From: Camelus dromedarius
Lineage: Eukaryota
Direction of reading: 5' to 3'
Assembly (NCBI RefSeq): GCF_036321535.1
Contig: NC_087438.1
Span: forward strand, 10,480,001 to 10,544,000
DNA: 64,000 nt
Numbering within the stretch: position 1 is the first letter of the stretch; every line of letters begins with the position of its first letter. Shown here in pieces: positions 39,666 to 51,500 of this stretch. Made by a program: the position numbers and the translations under genes. The notes under the pieces are model-generated. The model saw only the letters and a program-made list of their open reading frames with translations, did no database searches and was not told where the DNA came from.

Positions 39666-41186
39666 GTGAGCTCACCTGGCGCAGTGGGCAGTGAGCCACC
39701 CATGCAGAGGGCATAGATGGAGCCAGTCACAGGTGTAAAAGCACAGGTTAGTGCTGGCCAGGTGTTTGGACTGAAGTGTGGCTGTGTATATCTGAATCAC
39801 AGAATACAGGCTAGCGTGGCGGGTTGGGTCCAGATTTAGACGTCCCTGCTTATTTGGGAGCCTTTGAAGGGTTTCAGAGGGTGGAGGGCCTGGGATACGT
39901 TAGACTCCACACCTCGGCCCGCCTCTCTCGGCGCCCCTTCTTCGTCTGTCTCTTGCTCCCCCTCACCCCTTCCTCTCCCCAGCTGTGCGAAGCTGTGCAC
40001 TAGGCGCTGGGGTGCTAAGGGAATTGAGGACAGGAGTATCTTGAGTCATTCACTTAATTTCTTATTTTGTATTAACCTTATTAACTCATCCTTTCAGGTT
40101 CCGTTGTGCCTGGAGCCTTCCATCCTGGGTGAGGTTTGGGGGTGTGCTGGCATGGGGAGGGAGTATAGGGAATTGGGGGTCGGATCTCTCCTTACGTGTG
40201 CATCAGCCAGTTTCCTTGTTTTCAGCTCTGGGTGTCCCCTGCACCCTCTGAAGTTCTTGGCATCCCCAGCTCCTGAGGCTTTCTGGGACCCTGCAGGGTC
40301 CACCGGTCTTCCCTTCCAGCAGGTGCCCCTCCATCACTCACTGCCCCTCCTTCCGCTTCTGGACTGTTTGGGCTTTCACATATCTTGTGGTCTCAGCAAA
40401 GATAGAGTTGGCATTTCTGTTTCTCATCATTTTCATGTTGTGGTGTATTCTTGAAAAGGAAGCATCTTAAAACTCAGGAGTCCTGCTTTTCATCCTTGTC
40501 CAGCGCCCAGTGGGGTTTTCTCCCTTTCTAGTACTCTGTAGGTCCTTGTCAGGTCACGAAATGAGCCTGGAAGCTCTTTAGGGAGCCGTCGTGTAAGGCC
40601 CCGTGGAGGTGTGTGGGGCAGCGGGAATGTGCTCACGGAAGGCGGGTGGCTGCTTGCTTGTAGGGGTCCCCGGGGAGGAGGCGGAGCCGTGGGGAGGTTT
40701 GTAGGTTTGGGGACTTGTAATAATTGATGTTCCCCTGTGCTATTTTTGGAGTAGCTATTGTAAAATTTACCTGTGACACACTAAAGTTGGTCATTGGCCT
40801 GCACGCCTATATAAATACTTTTATTAGCACTATCTCCATTCTTGGAGCTTGAAGAATCATGGCACAGCTTCACTGATAAGACATGTGCTTAGGTGCTTAC
40901 CAATGTGGTTGAGACATTAATAGATGTTAAATTAAAATGGTTTCAGAGCCTTGTAGCCAGTTAAGTGGCGTAAAATGTCTCATTTAAAGTAAAAAACCTC
41001 TGAATTAGAATGCTAGAAACATGAATCTAAGATAAAAGACCCATATTTTATCAGATTGTCATCATGTAATGTGAAAAAGTTAAACTTTACGTGTCTTATA
41101 CATTTTTTAGGCAGCTGCATATTGTGATAAGAGGGAAAATGTCAGTGCAACAAATTTTTGAAATGTCTAATTTGGTGTGATTTCAG

Positions 41187-41263
41187 CGAAGAGGACATGT
41201 ATCGTGACGCGGATGAAATAGAAAAGGAGAAAGAATTACTTATACATGAAAGAGGGTCATCAG
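41187..41263 (+). CDS. OTULIN: OTULIN coding exon 2 (PUB-interacting motif with Tyr56: EEDMYRDADEIEKEKELLIHERGSS)
   Basis: Acceptor tttcag|C, donor G|gtatgt; 77 nt; carries the EEDMYR motif that binds the HOIP PUB domain. Confidence 0.97.
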
Positions 41264-42569
41264 GTATGTTTGGAATTGTTTTATGTATAGAGTTCTTACC
41301 GTTTATAGTAGAAAATGCAGTTAAATCAATATATCCATTTTCATAAAATATTGAGATGTACTTTCTCGGAAGTGGTCTTATGCGTGTGGTCTTACTTGCA
41401 TCAGATTATTCGCTTACTGACATATGTTTGGGAAATACTGTTTCCTAAGGTTTTCAGGTTTTAATACAAGTATGTTCCCTGTGTGTTCTTGACGTTCAAG
41501 TCATTTTTGCACGTGTAAGGATTCTTTAATCTCTTGACACCACTCTCTCACAGTTCTTGATTTCCTTATATTCTTGGACAGTTTGGATCTGAAGTGCATT
41601 TTTCATTTCAAGCGGAAGGCCTTATTGAGAAGCTGGCTCTCTGGGTCTTCGCGTGCAGATGGCCATGTGAATTTGATTAACTTACAGAAAGAACAGTCAT
41701 GGGATTGATCGCACTAATTCTCTTATCATTTCATGATTCTGTGCCCATGTTTCTGTTCAGTCATGCCTGCTCTGCTCACCCCTACCGGGACCCATTGACC
41801 CATTGCAGCTCCAGTGAGCCACCCCTCCTGACCGCCCCTGCTGTGGGCACGGCTGGCAGCAGGACTGTGTGTGGAGGGCCTCCTCACTTCCCTGCCAGCC
41901 TCGTGCGGGAGCCGAGGGAGGATGCTCCAACATGGGACACGCCATAGACGATCCACAGGTGGCGTTTTCTTGCACATCACCTGTGTAACGTGTGTGTTCG
42001 ACTGGTTTGTTTTAAGGACCAGCTCCTGTTTATTTTATGGTTAACAAAATATTTTATGTATAATTAGGAACGCAAGATACAGAGTGGGGTTTTTGATAGT
42101 AATTTTCGAGTCTTGCTCACAAGGAGCTGGGGGAGCTCTTCACCGTGGCAGCCCCGGGAGATGTCCTTTGTGGTGGTCCAGCTGAGTGTGTCCGGGCCAC
42201 GCTGCCGCGGTCCTCCGTGGCCTTCAGAGGAGGCTCGCTTCCCCTGCTGCAACTGCACACACTTCCCCGCGGACTCGGTCCTGAGTCTTGTTCCTGAGGA
42301 GAAATTGCTTCCTCAGCCATCGCTTCTTCCTGCCACCTTTGCGGGGCCTCCCGCTCTCTGTCGCACGCCGCAGGCTCCCGGCAGAGTCCTCTCCTGTCCA
42401 CCAGGGAGGCCCGAGGCAGGGCTCCGGCCTTTCAGCGGTCGGCTCACGCCCAGCCTTGGTCCGAGGCTCCAGTGTGTCCCTTTATACTGCGCCTTGGTCC
42501 TTCTGGGCTCCCCGCCCTTCCTGAGACAACATCCTGTGGACGGGCCTCGGGGGGGAAGCTCTGTCTGTT

Positions 42570-43480
42570 AGAAAACGTCTTTATTTCACTTTCTTTCTGG
42601 AATAACCCCAGAAGAGTAGTTGTTTTCTCTAATTTGTTTGAAGATTGTATTCCATTGTCTTCTGGTTTCCTTGTAGTTGAAAATGCTGCAGTCAGTCTGA
42701 TTCTTAATCTGTAAGTAAGGTCATCTGTCTTTCCTCCTTCTCGTTGTCTGGTGTCCTGCAGTTTCTCCTTGATGTCTCTAAGTATGGCTTTTAAAAAATT
42801 TTTATTTTAACATTTTACTTGGGATTTTTTTTACTTTTTGAATCTGAGAATGCCTATTTTCATCAGTTCAGGACAAGTCTCAGCCATTATTTTTCTGAAT
42901 GTTGCCTTTTTCCTATTCTATTTACTCCTTGTAGAGCTCTAATTAGGTGTTTGCTAGCGCTCATTCAGTCATCCAGGGCCCTCAGTTACACACCCTTTCA
43001 TATGTATTTTCTGATTTTTAGTCTCTGTTGCATTTTGGACAGTTCCTTCAGAAATTTTTCCTTTGTTTTTTTGAAAAGTTATTTTCCCTCCATATTTGCC
43101 TAGTCTTTTTTTTTTTTTTTTTTTTTGGATAATGTATTGCTCTTTGCTTAGGTTTTTATTCCTTTTATTTCTTAAGGCTTTCTAAACATATTCTTTGGGC
43201 CTGATAATTCCACTGTCTGAAAATCCTGGCAGGTCTAATTATGCCAATTGCTATTTTTGCTTATTTCTTGTTTCTTCAAAGTTTGGATTGTAACCCCAGC
43301 TTTTGTGTATCCGTGCAGTTTGTGCAACCTGGCTTGAGTGTGAGAGAATTTGGCCTTGTTTCTGCCAGGAACCCAGGGCCACTTTCTATTCATTTCTAAG
43401 CTTGAGTTTCCAGGGCCTTGCAGCTGTTGTGAATTCACACCCTGTTCATGAGAGCCGGCCTATGGGTATGAATTCTTAGG
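42570..43480 (-). mobile_element. Old L1 (L1ME-type) fragments, intron 2
   Basis: aaaacgtctttatttcact..tgaagattgtattccattgtcttctggtttcc..tgagaatgcctattttcatcagttcaggacaagtctcagccattattt. Confidence 0.6.
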
Positions 43481-43584
43481 GGAGACTTCCTCTCTCCCCA
43501 GGTCAGAGCCCAGGTCAAGGCATAAAGTTTTCTTATGCTCCCTCTTTGTTAGTGAAGAGGGTTTTTTTTCACCTCGTTGAGAAG

Positions 43585-43785
43585 TCAGTGGACTATGGCT
43601 CTCCGGCAGAATTTGACATGCCACCTGTTTCTGTAAATAAAATGTTGTTGGAACTTTTTAGTTTGCATATTGCCCACGGTGATATTCACACATGGTAAAG
43701 TTGAGTAGCTGTGACCAACCTTACAGTCCTCGAAGCCAACATTATTTACTCTCTGGCCCGTTACGGGAAGAGCCTGCTATTCTTT
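43585..43785. mobile_element. MER58A-like hAT-Charlie MITE
   Basis: gactatggc..ccacctgtttctgtaaataaaatgtt..agttgagtagctgtgac..atttactctctggcccgttac. Confidence 0.65.
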
Positions 43786-45707
43786 CCCAAGCCTCTTGAT
43801 GGAGAGTCTGTGTGTTCTGCAGAGGTTCAGTTTTAACTCCCCACCCTCCAAGAGTCTGAATCCTTGTCTTTGTCACCATGTGGTGGTTAAGGCACAGACC
43901 TCTTGGTTATTTCAGCTTCTAGTTACCACAGTGATTTTCAGCTTCCCCCCCTTTTGTTTGTTTGTTTGTTTTTAAGGTTTTGGGGCCATTAGAAGTGTTA
44001 GTAATCAGAGCCTGTGTTGTATGCAGTTAAACAAAGAAGGGAACTGTGGTATACTTTAAGCCACTTGAGGTCAAGCACTGCCTGTCCCGCGCCTCCAGCT
44101 GCTGGCCTGGAGGCCGGCACATAGTGGCTGCTGGAGGCGTCCTCCTGAAGAACCACAGGGGGATGGGAATAAAAGTATACTTTTGATGGTGGCAGCTGTG
44201 CAAGTACCCATTTCCCCACCCTGACTGCCTCACACAGGCGTCTGAGTCAGCATAGGATTGCGGCCTGTTGCGTGGCCTCTTCGCCTGGTGGGGCCCCCTG
44301 CCTCCTCAGTCCTGAGCTGGTGGGGCCTGCTTTGCCCTGCCCAGAGGCCAGGTCTTGTCTTGGTGTGCACAGGAGAGAGGACTGCAGGTGAGGGGAGCGG
44401 GAAGGCTGGGCTTGCTTCCCAGGAGGTTCTCCCTGAGCCAGCGATGTGCTCTGCCTGATGGGAGAGCCTGGCCCAGTACATGTCCTTGACTCGGGCGTTG
44501 TGGGGAGGTAAGTGGAAAGGCAGATAAAAGGGAACTCTTCCCTCCACCAAGAAGACACTCAGAAAGTGCTTCCTGACTTTCAACAATGGCTGGTCTTTAT
44601 TTGAGGGTTGGCTGTGCAGTGTTGGTATTTGTGGTTTCCATGTATTTTGCTTCAGGGGTCTGTTTCACCTTTAAGCCAATCCTGACTTAAACCACAGATA
44701 AATGTATTTATGGTATCTGTATATGTTATTTTCCCTTTTGTATAAAAGATTTATTTTCCTTATGAAAGCATTTACTATGAGAGTTTTAAAGATAGGCAGT
44801 TCTTACATTTTGTGTTTAAAAAATGATCGATTAACCTGAAGTGCAGGAAGGTCTCAGGGCTCCTCATGGGCCCCTCAGTCAGCCGTCCCTGCGTCCATCA
44901 CCCTCGGTGGTGATGCCTGGAGTCCCTTTTTCTTCAGTAGTCCATACCCATTCAGGGCAGAATCTGGGGCTTTATCGTCTTTGCAGCCCCTGGTCCTAGC
45001 TCAATGCTTGGCCCACGTTAGACCATACAGTAAGTATTTGTTGAGTTGAGCCGAATATAACATTTTAATTTTAGGTACAACTTCCTGCTAAGTAAATATG
45101 TTGTAAGGAACTTGTGTGTTTATATCCTAATTTCTTTGCTAACATTTACTTCTTCAATATTTTAAAAAGGAAGTCAAGACATGCCTGAGAATTTACATCT
45201 CTTTCTTCCTAAAACACACACACGGTTGTATGCATGTCCGTGCATATGCGTATACCACAAAGTCAAAACCCAACTTCGTGTTAAACAAGGAAAACCTAAA
45301 GGCCAGTTTTTTTTTTACCATATCATTTGTTTGATCATAAGTTGTATTTTTAATTTTGGAGGATGTGTTGTTAGAGTCAAAGTCTGTGGTCCAACTCACG
45401 TTGAGCGCTGCATTAATTTCTGGCTGATTATCAACAACTTACAGCCTTTTGGGATCAGGGCAGGATATAACTGGATATAAGTAAATAAAGATAATTAAAT
45501 ACACCTTTTAAATAGAGGTGTTATCTCTTTGTATAATGGATGCAAAGAACTAATGACAGATCATTAGATGTGTCTTCTCACAGCTCAGACTGCTGCTTGT
45601 CTAATTGGAACAGTATTCATGGATACCTGGGTCAGTGTGATTGCAGGTGTTGAGGGCACAGCCAAGAAACAAAACAAGCCCCTGCCCTCAAGGAGCTCAT
45701 GTTTTGC

Positions 45708-45740
<33 letters not shown>
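45708..45740. repeat. (TG)n microsatellite within an L2-like remnant (~45600-45990)
   Basis: tgtgtgtg... run; flanks resemble L2 (aaaacaagcccctgccctcaaggagctc..gagcagagacctg). Confidence 0.85.
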
Positions 45741-45741
<1 letters not shown>

Positions 45742-46091
45742 AGGGTGTCGGGGGAGGCGGGGTACAGAATAAGAAATATGACAGGCGTCGATCAGTGCCA
45801 AGAAGAAAAACAAAACCGTGTGAGGGGAATAGAATGAAGGTGTGTGTGTGATGTTTTGATACTGGGTGTTAGTGTCAGAGGTGAGCAGAGACCTGCAGGG
45901 AGTGAGGGGCAAGTACCTTGCAGGTAGGCCCAAAGCCATCAGCATGAGGAGTGGTGGGAGCTGAGGCTTGAGAGGCAGTGGGGCGCCGGGGCAGGGGGCC
46001 CTTGCAGGTAGTGAGGTAAGTGAGTATTCTGCTTATGCTTTGGTTTCATTATTTCCCCCTCCCCCATCCACTTTTTTTGATTCTTTACCAG

Positions 46092-46186
46092 AACCCAGAT
46101 TAAGTGTCGCTCCTGAAATGGACATCATGGACTACTGCAAAAAAGAGTGGAGGGGAAATACGCAAAAAGCAACATGTATGAAAAAG
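46092..46186 (+). CDS. OTULIN: OTULIN coding exon 3 ([32 protein letters not shown]; includes Tyr91/Trp96)
   Basis: Pyrimidine tract plus ttaccag| acceptor, AAG|gtatga donor; 95 nt; strong match to the OTULIN OTU start. Confidence 0.97.
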
Positions 46187-46866
46187 GTATGATGCGTGGG
46201 TGCCTGTATTTCGAGTCTTTCCAGTAGTCTATCGTAAATATTTAATACGTCTTTTTTTATTTTTAGACATTGGTGATGACAGCTGCTATTAGACTGTGTA
46301 AATATTGGTGTTCTAATATTAGAGATGAGGAAACAGGCTCCAAAGATAAGGGATTTATTTGGAGTCACAGTATTAATACAGAATCATCATCAGTAACTTG
46401 ATTTCTTTGAAAAACTAATAAATGACTCTGTCCTGTTCAGAATTGGGTGAGCCATTGGTGGTCCTCCAGGGGTCATTTGGGAATGCCTTTCTGACCTGGT
46501 AAGGTAAAAGCCTCAGATGTCATACATCTGCTGTCCTCAGCCGGGTTTGTATTCATGTCCTTCAGTCCTCCACAGCCTAAGCAGAGGGATCTGGAACTGC
46601 TTCCTTTATTTAGGGCATCCCAGGGTCTGCCCTCTTTCAGTCCCATTGCATAGATTGGTGACCCTAAAGTTGTCCCTCCAAGGCTGTGGGACATCAGGGA
46701 TTCCCATGACATGGTTCTCTTGTTCCTGTGACCGGGCTGGGTCATTGCTCAAGTCAGACCCCTTGACCCACTTGTACTGCACGGCCATCTGAGCAGCACA
46801 CCCTGTTGGTTTCCTGTCAGACGTATCCTGAATCCAGCGTTCCTTTGTAGGGTGAAACTGCTGCTG

Positions 46867-47067
46867 CAGCTGACCCTTGAACAACATGGGTCTGAACCGC
46901 GCAGGCCCATGTGAACATGGGTTTTTTTCACTAAATATGTAGCAGTACTCCACTGTATGCAGATGCGGAACCATGGACTTGGAGGGCCTGCTGTCAAGTT
47001 ATACGTAGATTTTTGGTGGAGTTGGGGGTCAGCACCCCTAACCCCTGAGTTGTTCGAGGATTGACTG
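46867..47067. mobile_element. Tigger2-derived MITE with terminal inverted repeats (intron 3)
   Basis: cagctgacccttgaacaac ... gttgttcgaggattgactg|ta: imperfect TIR pair visible directly. Confidence 0.8.
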
Positions 47068-49223
47068 TATTTGACTTTTCCTGAGCTACAGAAATGGCAG
47101 TTTCAACCTAACACTTCTGTCACCTCTTGTAACTTCTAGGTTATAGTCTTTACTCATTTTTCTCTTGGGATTATTTACAGCGTGAGTTTGAATACACTTC
47201 TGGCATATTAGAGATATTGGCCTGTCATATTTGATAGAAATATCTTTTTAATTTTTTTTGTTTGTTTAAAACTGTACTGTTTAGGATTTAAAATTTTTAG
47301 CTGTTTGAAAACATTTGTTCTGGTCCTTGGAACTTCATTTTGTAGAAAACGTTGTACACCTTTTAGCAGGCACCTCAGCTGCCCATGCCTGCCCTGAGAT
47401 GGGCTGACTTTACTCAGGACGTAGCTGCCACTTTGGAAGCTCTGAGAGCAAGTGTCATCCCTGCTACCTGCATGTCTGGACTGTAGACTCTTCATGTCTC
47501 AGGCATTTGTTAGAGAACTCAGTCAAGAAATACCCGGGACTCTCCGTTCCTGCCAGAGGTTGAGGACATTTACATTTCTGAGGCCATCTGCTGAATATGC
47601 ATATCAACCACTGACAGATTTTCTAAAAACCTCCAGCTTTGTATCAAAGTGGATAACCAGAGGCCAGGTATCTAAACTGTATTTTCTCATCTTCCCCAGA
47701 AATGCTGTCACTGGCCTGCAATTTTATTTTATGATCTCAGTCTCTTTAAAGGATCTGTTCTAACAGTTGGCACCTTAAGGTCTACAATTGAAGATGTCTG
47801 CTAAGTTTTCCAAATATTCCATATTTTGGAATTCATGCTGAGATGATTCTTCTGTGATTTTAGTTGGACTCTTCAGTGACCAAATAAAAAGGCACATCAG
47901 TTAGAAAAGCATCCTGTCAGGACCCCCGGCAGGAATTAAGAGCATTTCTGGCCCCAAGAACAGCTTGGATCTCAGTTATTTTTTGTTTTGGATATTCTTT
48001 TGGAAGTAAGTGGTATAAACCCAAATTTAATTTTAGAAGTTTGAGTCACCTCTGAAATAGCATGAGTAGTTTATGCATTTTGAAAGGTGCAGTTCTTTTG
48101 AATTAGCCTTTGTGCGTATTTAGGGTAACTAGGGGTTTTGCCATAGCGAAGAGGCGCATATTAGAATGCACGAGTCTGCTTGACGGGCCATTATATTGCA
48201 GTGGTTGGACCACTAAATAAAAATGCGGCTCTCCAAATTTTATTGTTGAAAAGAAGTACTTTTATATCAACTTTTAGCATCATCCTGTGACTTAAACCTT
48301 GAAAGCAACTGATAATGAGGGTCCAGTAGTTGGACGCAGGGTGACTGTTGCATGGTGCCCACCCATGATGAGGGTGACACTCTTTTTGTGAAAGTGTCAG
48401 TGGGGCGCAGGGTTTCCAGTGACCATGGAGGAAAAGCAGGACAAGCGAAAGGACTGCCAGGCTGGGGGTGAGTGAGGTGGGGAAGCCGCGAGGCTGCTGC
48501 CCGTGTCTGAGCAGTGTCCAGCGGAAAACTCCGATCATCTCGGCTGCCTGTGGACCAGGTCACTGGGATTGGGATGTGCTTCAAAATGGTCCATTTGGGT
48601 GGCTGTATTTGAGTGACTGAGCATGCCACTGAGCATTTTCAGTTCCTCGTTTCACTTCCAGGCTGAACAAGAATGACACTTAAGTCTACTTTTTAAAAAA
48701 GTCTAGCAGGTTTTTCCAGGCTATACCTCCTAGCATGTAGGTTTTCTTACATATACCATGGAGATTTAGAATTTAGGGGCATTATTTTTAATATGGAGAA
48801 ATAAGCTGGGTACATCTCTCTTGTCTTTCCTATCTCTTCATTAAAGAGTTGGGGGTCAATTTAAACACAGATTAAAGCCTTCAGAATGTTGGTTGTTAAT
48901 AAATAAATGTTAACAACAGTTGCTTAGAAAGGGACATATAACTCCAACTTTGGGGGTGACTAGCATTTTTCTAATACTTGATATGTTATTTATATGTTCT
49001 AGTGTGTTGCATATGCTACATATGTCGGTATTTTGACAGTATTAACATTTGTTAATTTTGTGTGATTAATTTAAAAAAAGGAATTAGAAAATGTGAAAGA
49101 CTCAGCCAGTCTTGTTTCCATTCTTCCAGGGATCGGGGGCACATTGTTTCTACAGGAATAAAACTCTCCACACTGTCTGAAGTCAGTAACGACCATTTTG
49201 AATTCTTTGATGCTTTCGCCCAG

Positions 49224-49367
49224 GGCTACGAGGAGGTGTCTCAGAAATTCACCTCCATAAGGCGAGTCCGTGGAGATAATTACTGTGCGCTGAGGGCCAC
49301 GCTGTTCCAGGCCATGAGCCAGCCGGCGGAGCTGCCCTCCTGGCTGCAGGACCCGGAGCTCACGCTG
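49224..49367 (+). CDS. OTULIN: OTULIN coding exon 4 ([29 protein letters not shown]...; catalytic Cys129 codon at 49284-49286)
   Basis: cccag| acceptor, CTG|gtacgc donor; 144 nt; RGDNYC OTU Cys-box. Confidence 0.98.
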
Positions 49368-49929
49368 GTACGCTGCCGCTGCAGGTTTGAGTCTGCAATG
49401 CTTCCAGTAGTTTTTGTGAGAAAGACTTCTCTGCCCCATGTGCCGTGTGCTAGCACTGCCTGCAGGGTGATCAACATGAGGGTTTATTCAGTTTTGTGGG
49501 GCAGGGATAATTTGCATAGTAAAGCGACCAAAAATGATTGCTATTTCCCAGAAGAGGAAGATGATAAAGTGTATATAACACTTCAGCGGAATTGGAGAGC
49601 CGGTGTTTAGGGTCTGTACAAAGCACTTAGGGGCAGTATGACTTCAGTGTTGGAGTCTGTGCCATGTGGGCTGGATATTGTGCTATCTGAGAACTTGCTG
49701 GGGTTTTTGAAGGCACATTTCTGTAGTCCTGGCTCCAGTTCAAGGACCCAGCACCCTCTGCGTACTGGCTTGGTAGGTGACAGGGAGCAATACCAGAGAG
49801 GAGAGATGTTAATGTCAGCCTGAGGAAGGCTTCCTGGGAGGTGAGGGTCAGGAGCTGTGTCTCACACTGACCCTCTGTAGTATTTTAAATTTAAATCTGC
49901 AGTGTGGTAGTGGCAGCCCAGGAACTCAT

Positions 49930-50650
49930 GTATCAGTGACACATATCAGCTGAGGTCATGTAATAGGTTAGGTGTAGAATAACCTCAAGGAGTTTGGTGG
50001 GCAGGCGTGATTGGGCAGAACTCACAATATGACATTAATTGGAAGAAAATTTAGAAGTTTTGTGCATATATTAAAAAAGAAAACCCAAAAAGCTAGCTCT
50101 GGGAGGTCTGCCGTACTGGCAGCTTAAAAGGGAAAAATAATGTCAGGGTTTTAATTGATTGCAAGCTCAACATGAGCCCACGTGGTGTGTGATGGCCGCA
50201 GGGGTAACGGAGCCCTGTTTTTTTCTGTTTTGTTTTTCAGTTGACGTGTAGTTGATACACAATGTTATATAAGTTACAGGTCTATAATAGAGTGATTCAC
50301 AATTGTTAAAGGTTGTACTCCATTTACAGTTATTATAAAATATTGGCTCTACTCCCTGAGATGTGCAGTGTGTCCCTGTAGCTTATTTTACTGCCCTATA
50401 TTGCCCTTCTCCTTCCCTCTCCCCACTGGTCACCACTGGTTTGTTCTCTGTAGCTGTGAGTCTGCTTCCTTTGTGTTCTATTCACTAGCTTGTACTTTTT
50501 AGATTCCACATGTAAGTGATATACAGTATTTGTCTTTCTCTTCTGACTTATTTCACTTAGTGTAATGCTTTCCAAGTCCATCCATGTTGCTGCAAGTGGC
50601 AAAATTTTGTTCTTTTTTAAATGACTGAGTAATATTCCATTGCGTGTATA

Positions 50651-50693
<43 letters not shown>

Positions 50694-51500
50694 ATACACC
50701 ACATCTTCTTTATCCAGTCATCTGTTGATGGACACTTAGGTTGCTTCCATATCTTGGCTATTGTGAATAACACTGCTGTGAACATTGGGGAGCATGTATC
50801 TTTTTGAATTAGTGTTTTTATTTTTTTCTTAAATATATACCCAGAATTGGAATTTCTGGGTTACATATGGTAGTTCTGTTTTTAGTTTTTTGAGAAACCT
50901 CCATACTGTTTTCTACAGTGGCTGCACCAATGTACATTCCCACCAACAGTGTACGAGGGTTCACTTTTCTCTGCATCCTCGCCAACATTTGTTACTTTTG
51001 TTCTTTTTGATGATAGCCATTCTGACGTATGAGGTGATACCTCACTTGTGGTTTTGATGTGCATTTCCCTGATGATTAGTGATGTTGAGTATCGTTTCCT
51101 GTGCTTATTACGAAACCCTGTTTTAAAAGGAATGCTTCTAAAACATAGGCAGTGACCGCCTGTCTTGACCTGAGCTGATCAGATTCCATCTTGAGGGCTG
51201 AGGATGTGCCTGTACCCTCAGTACAGATGGAGTGTGTGCAAGACGATTTGTCTCACTTTGGGAACAGTTGAAGGAGCTGGGGTATTTGCCTAGAATAAAA
51301 AAGACGTGTAGATGATACTGGCTGGCAGCTAAGCTGGTTAGAGGTCTGTTAGTAGGTACACAGGGGTTCACACGCCCTCAAAGGGCAAAACCAGGACCAG
51401 TGGGTAGAGGATACTGCCTCTCTGTCAGGTGATTGTCTATTTTATAAACTGGTATAAGATCAGCACAATTGTGTGTTAAACTGTCTAGGTGGTGTCCGTG
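49930..51500 (+). mobile_element. Ancient CR1/L3-like remnant flanking (interrupted by) the intron-4 L1
   Basis: ttttaattgattgcaagctcaacatgagccca..gtgtgatggccgc; gaacagttgaaggagctggggtatttgcctaga..aagac resemble L3 RT/3' segments. Confidence 0.45.
50220..51112 (-). mobile_element. 5'-truncated L1 3' end, antisense in intron 4, containing a (TG)n microsatellite (~50655-50690)
   Basis: Minus ORF MFTAVLFTIAKIWKQPKCPSTDDWIKKMW..WMDLESITLSEISQ is the L1 ORF2 C-terminus; T-rich tail at the left. Confidence 0.92.

Noticed and set aside
38971..40454. 164-aa and 196-aa intronic ORFs
   Set aside because: Non-ATG starts, partly MIR-derived, no recognisable protein similarity.
49062..49610. 182-aa ORF as a stand-alone gene
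   Set aside because: It is OTULIN exon 4 plus intronic read-through on both sides; homology stops exactly at the AG/GT sites.
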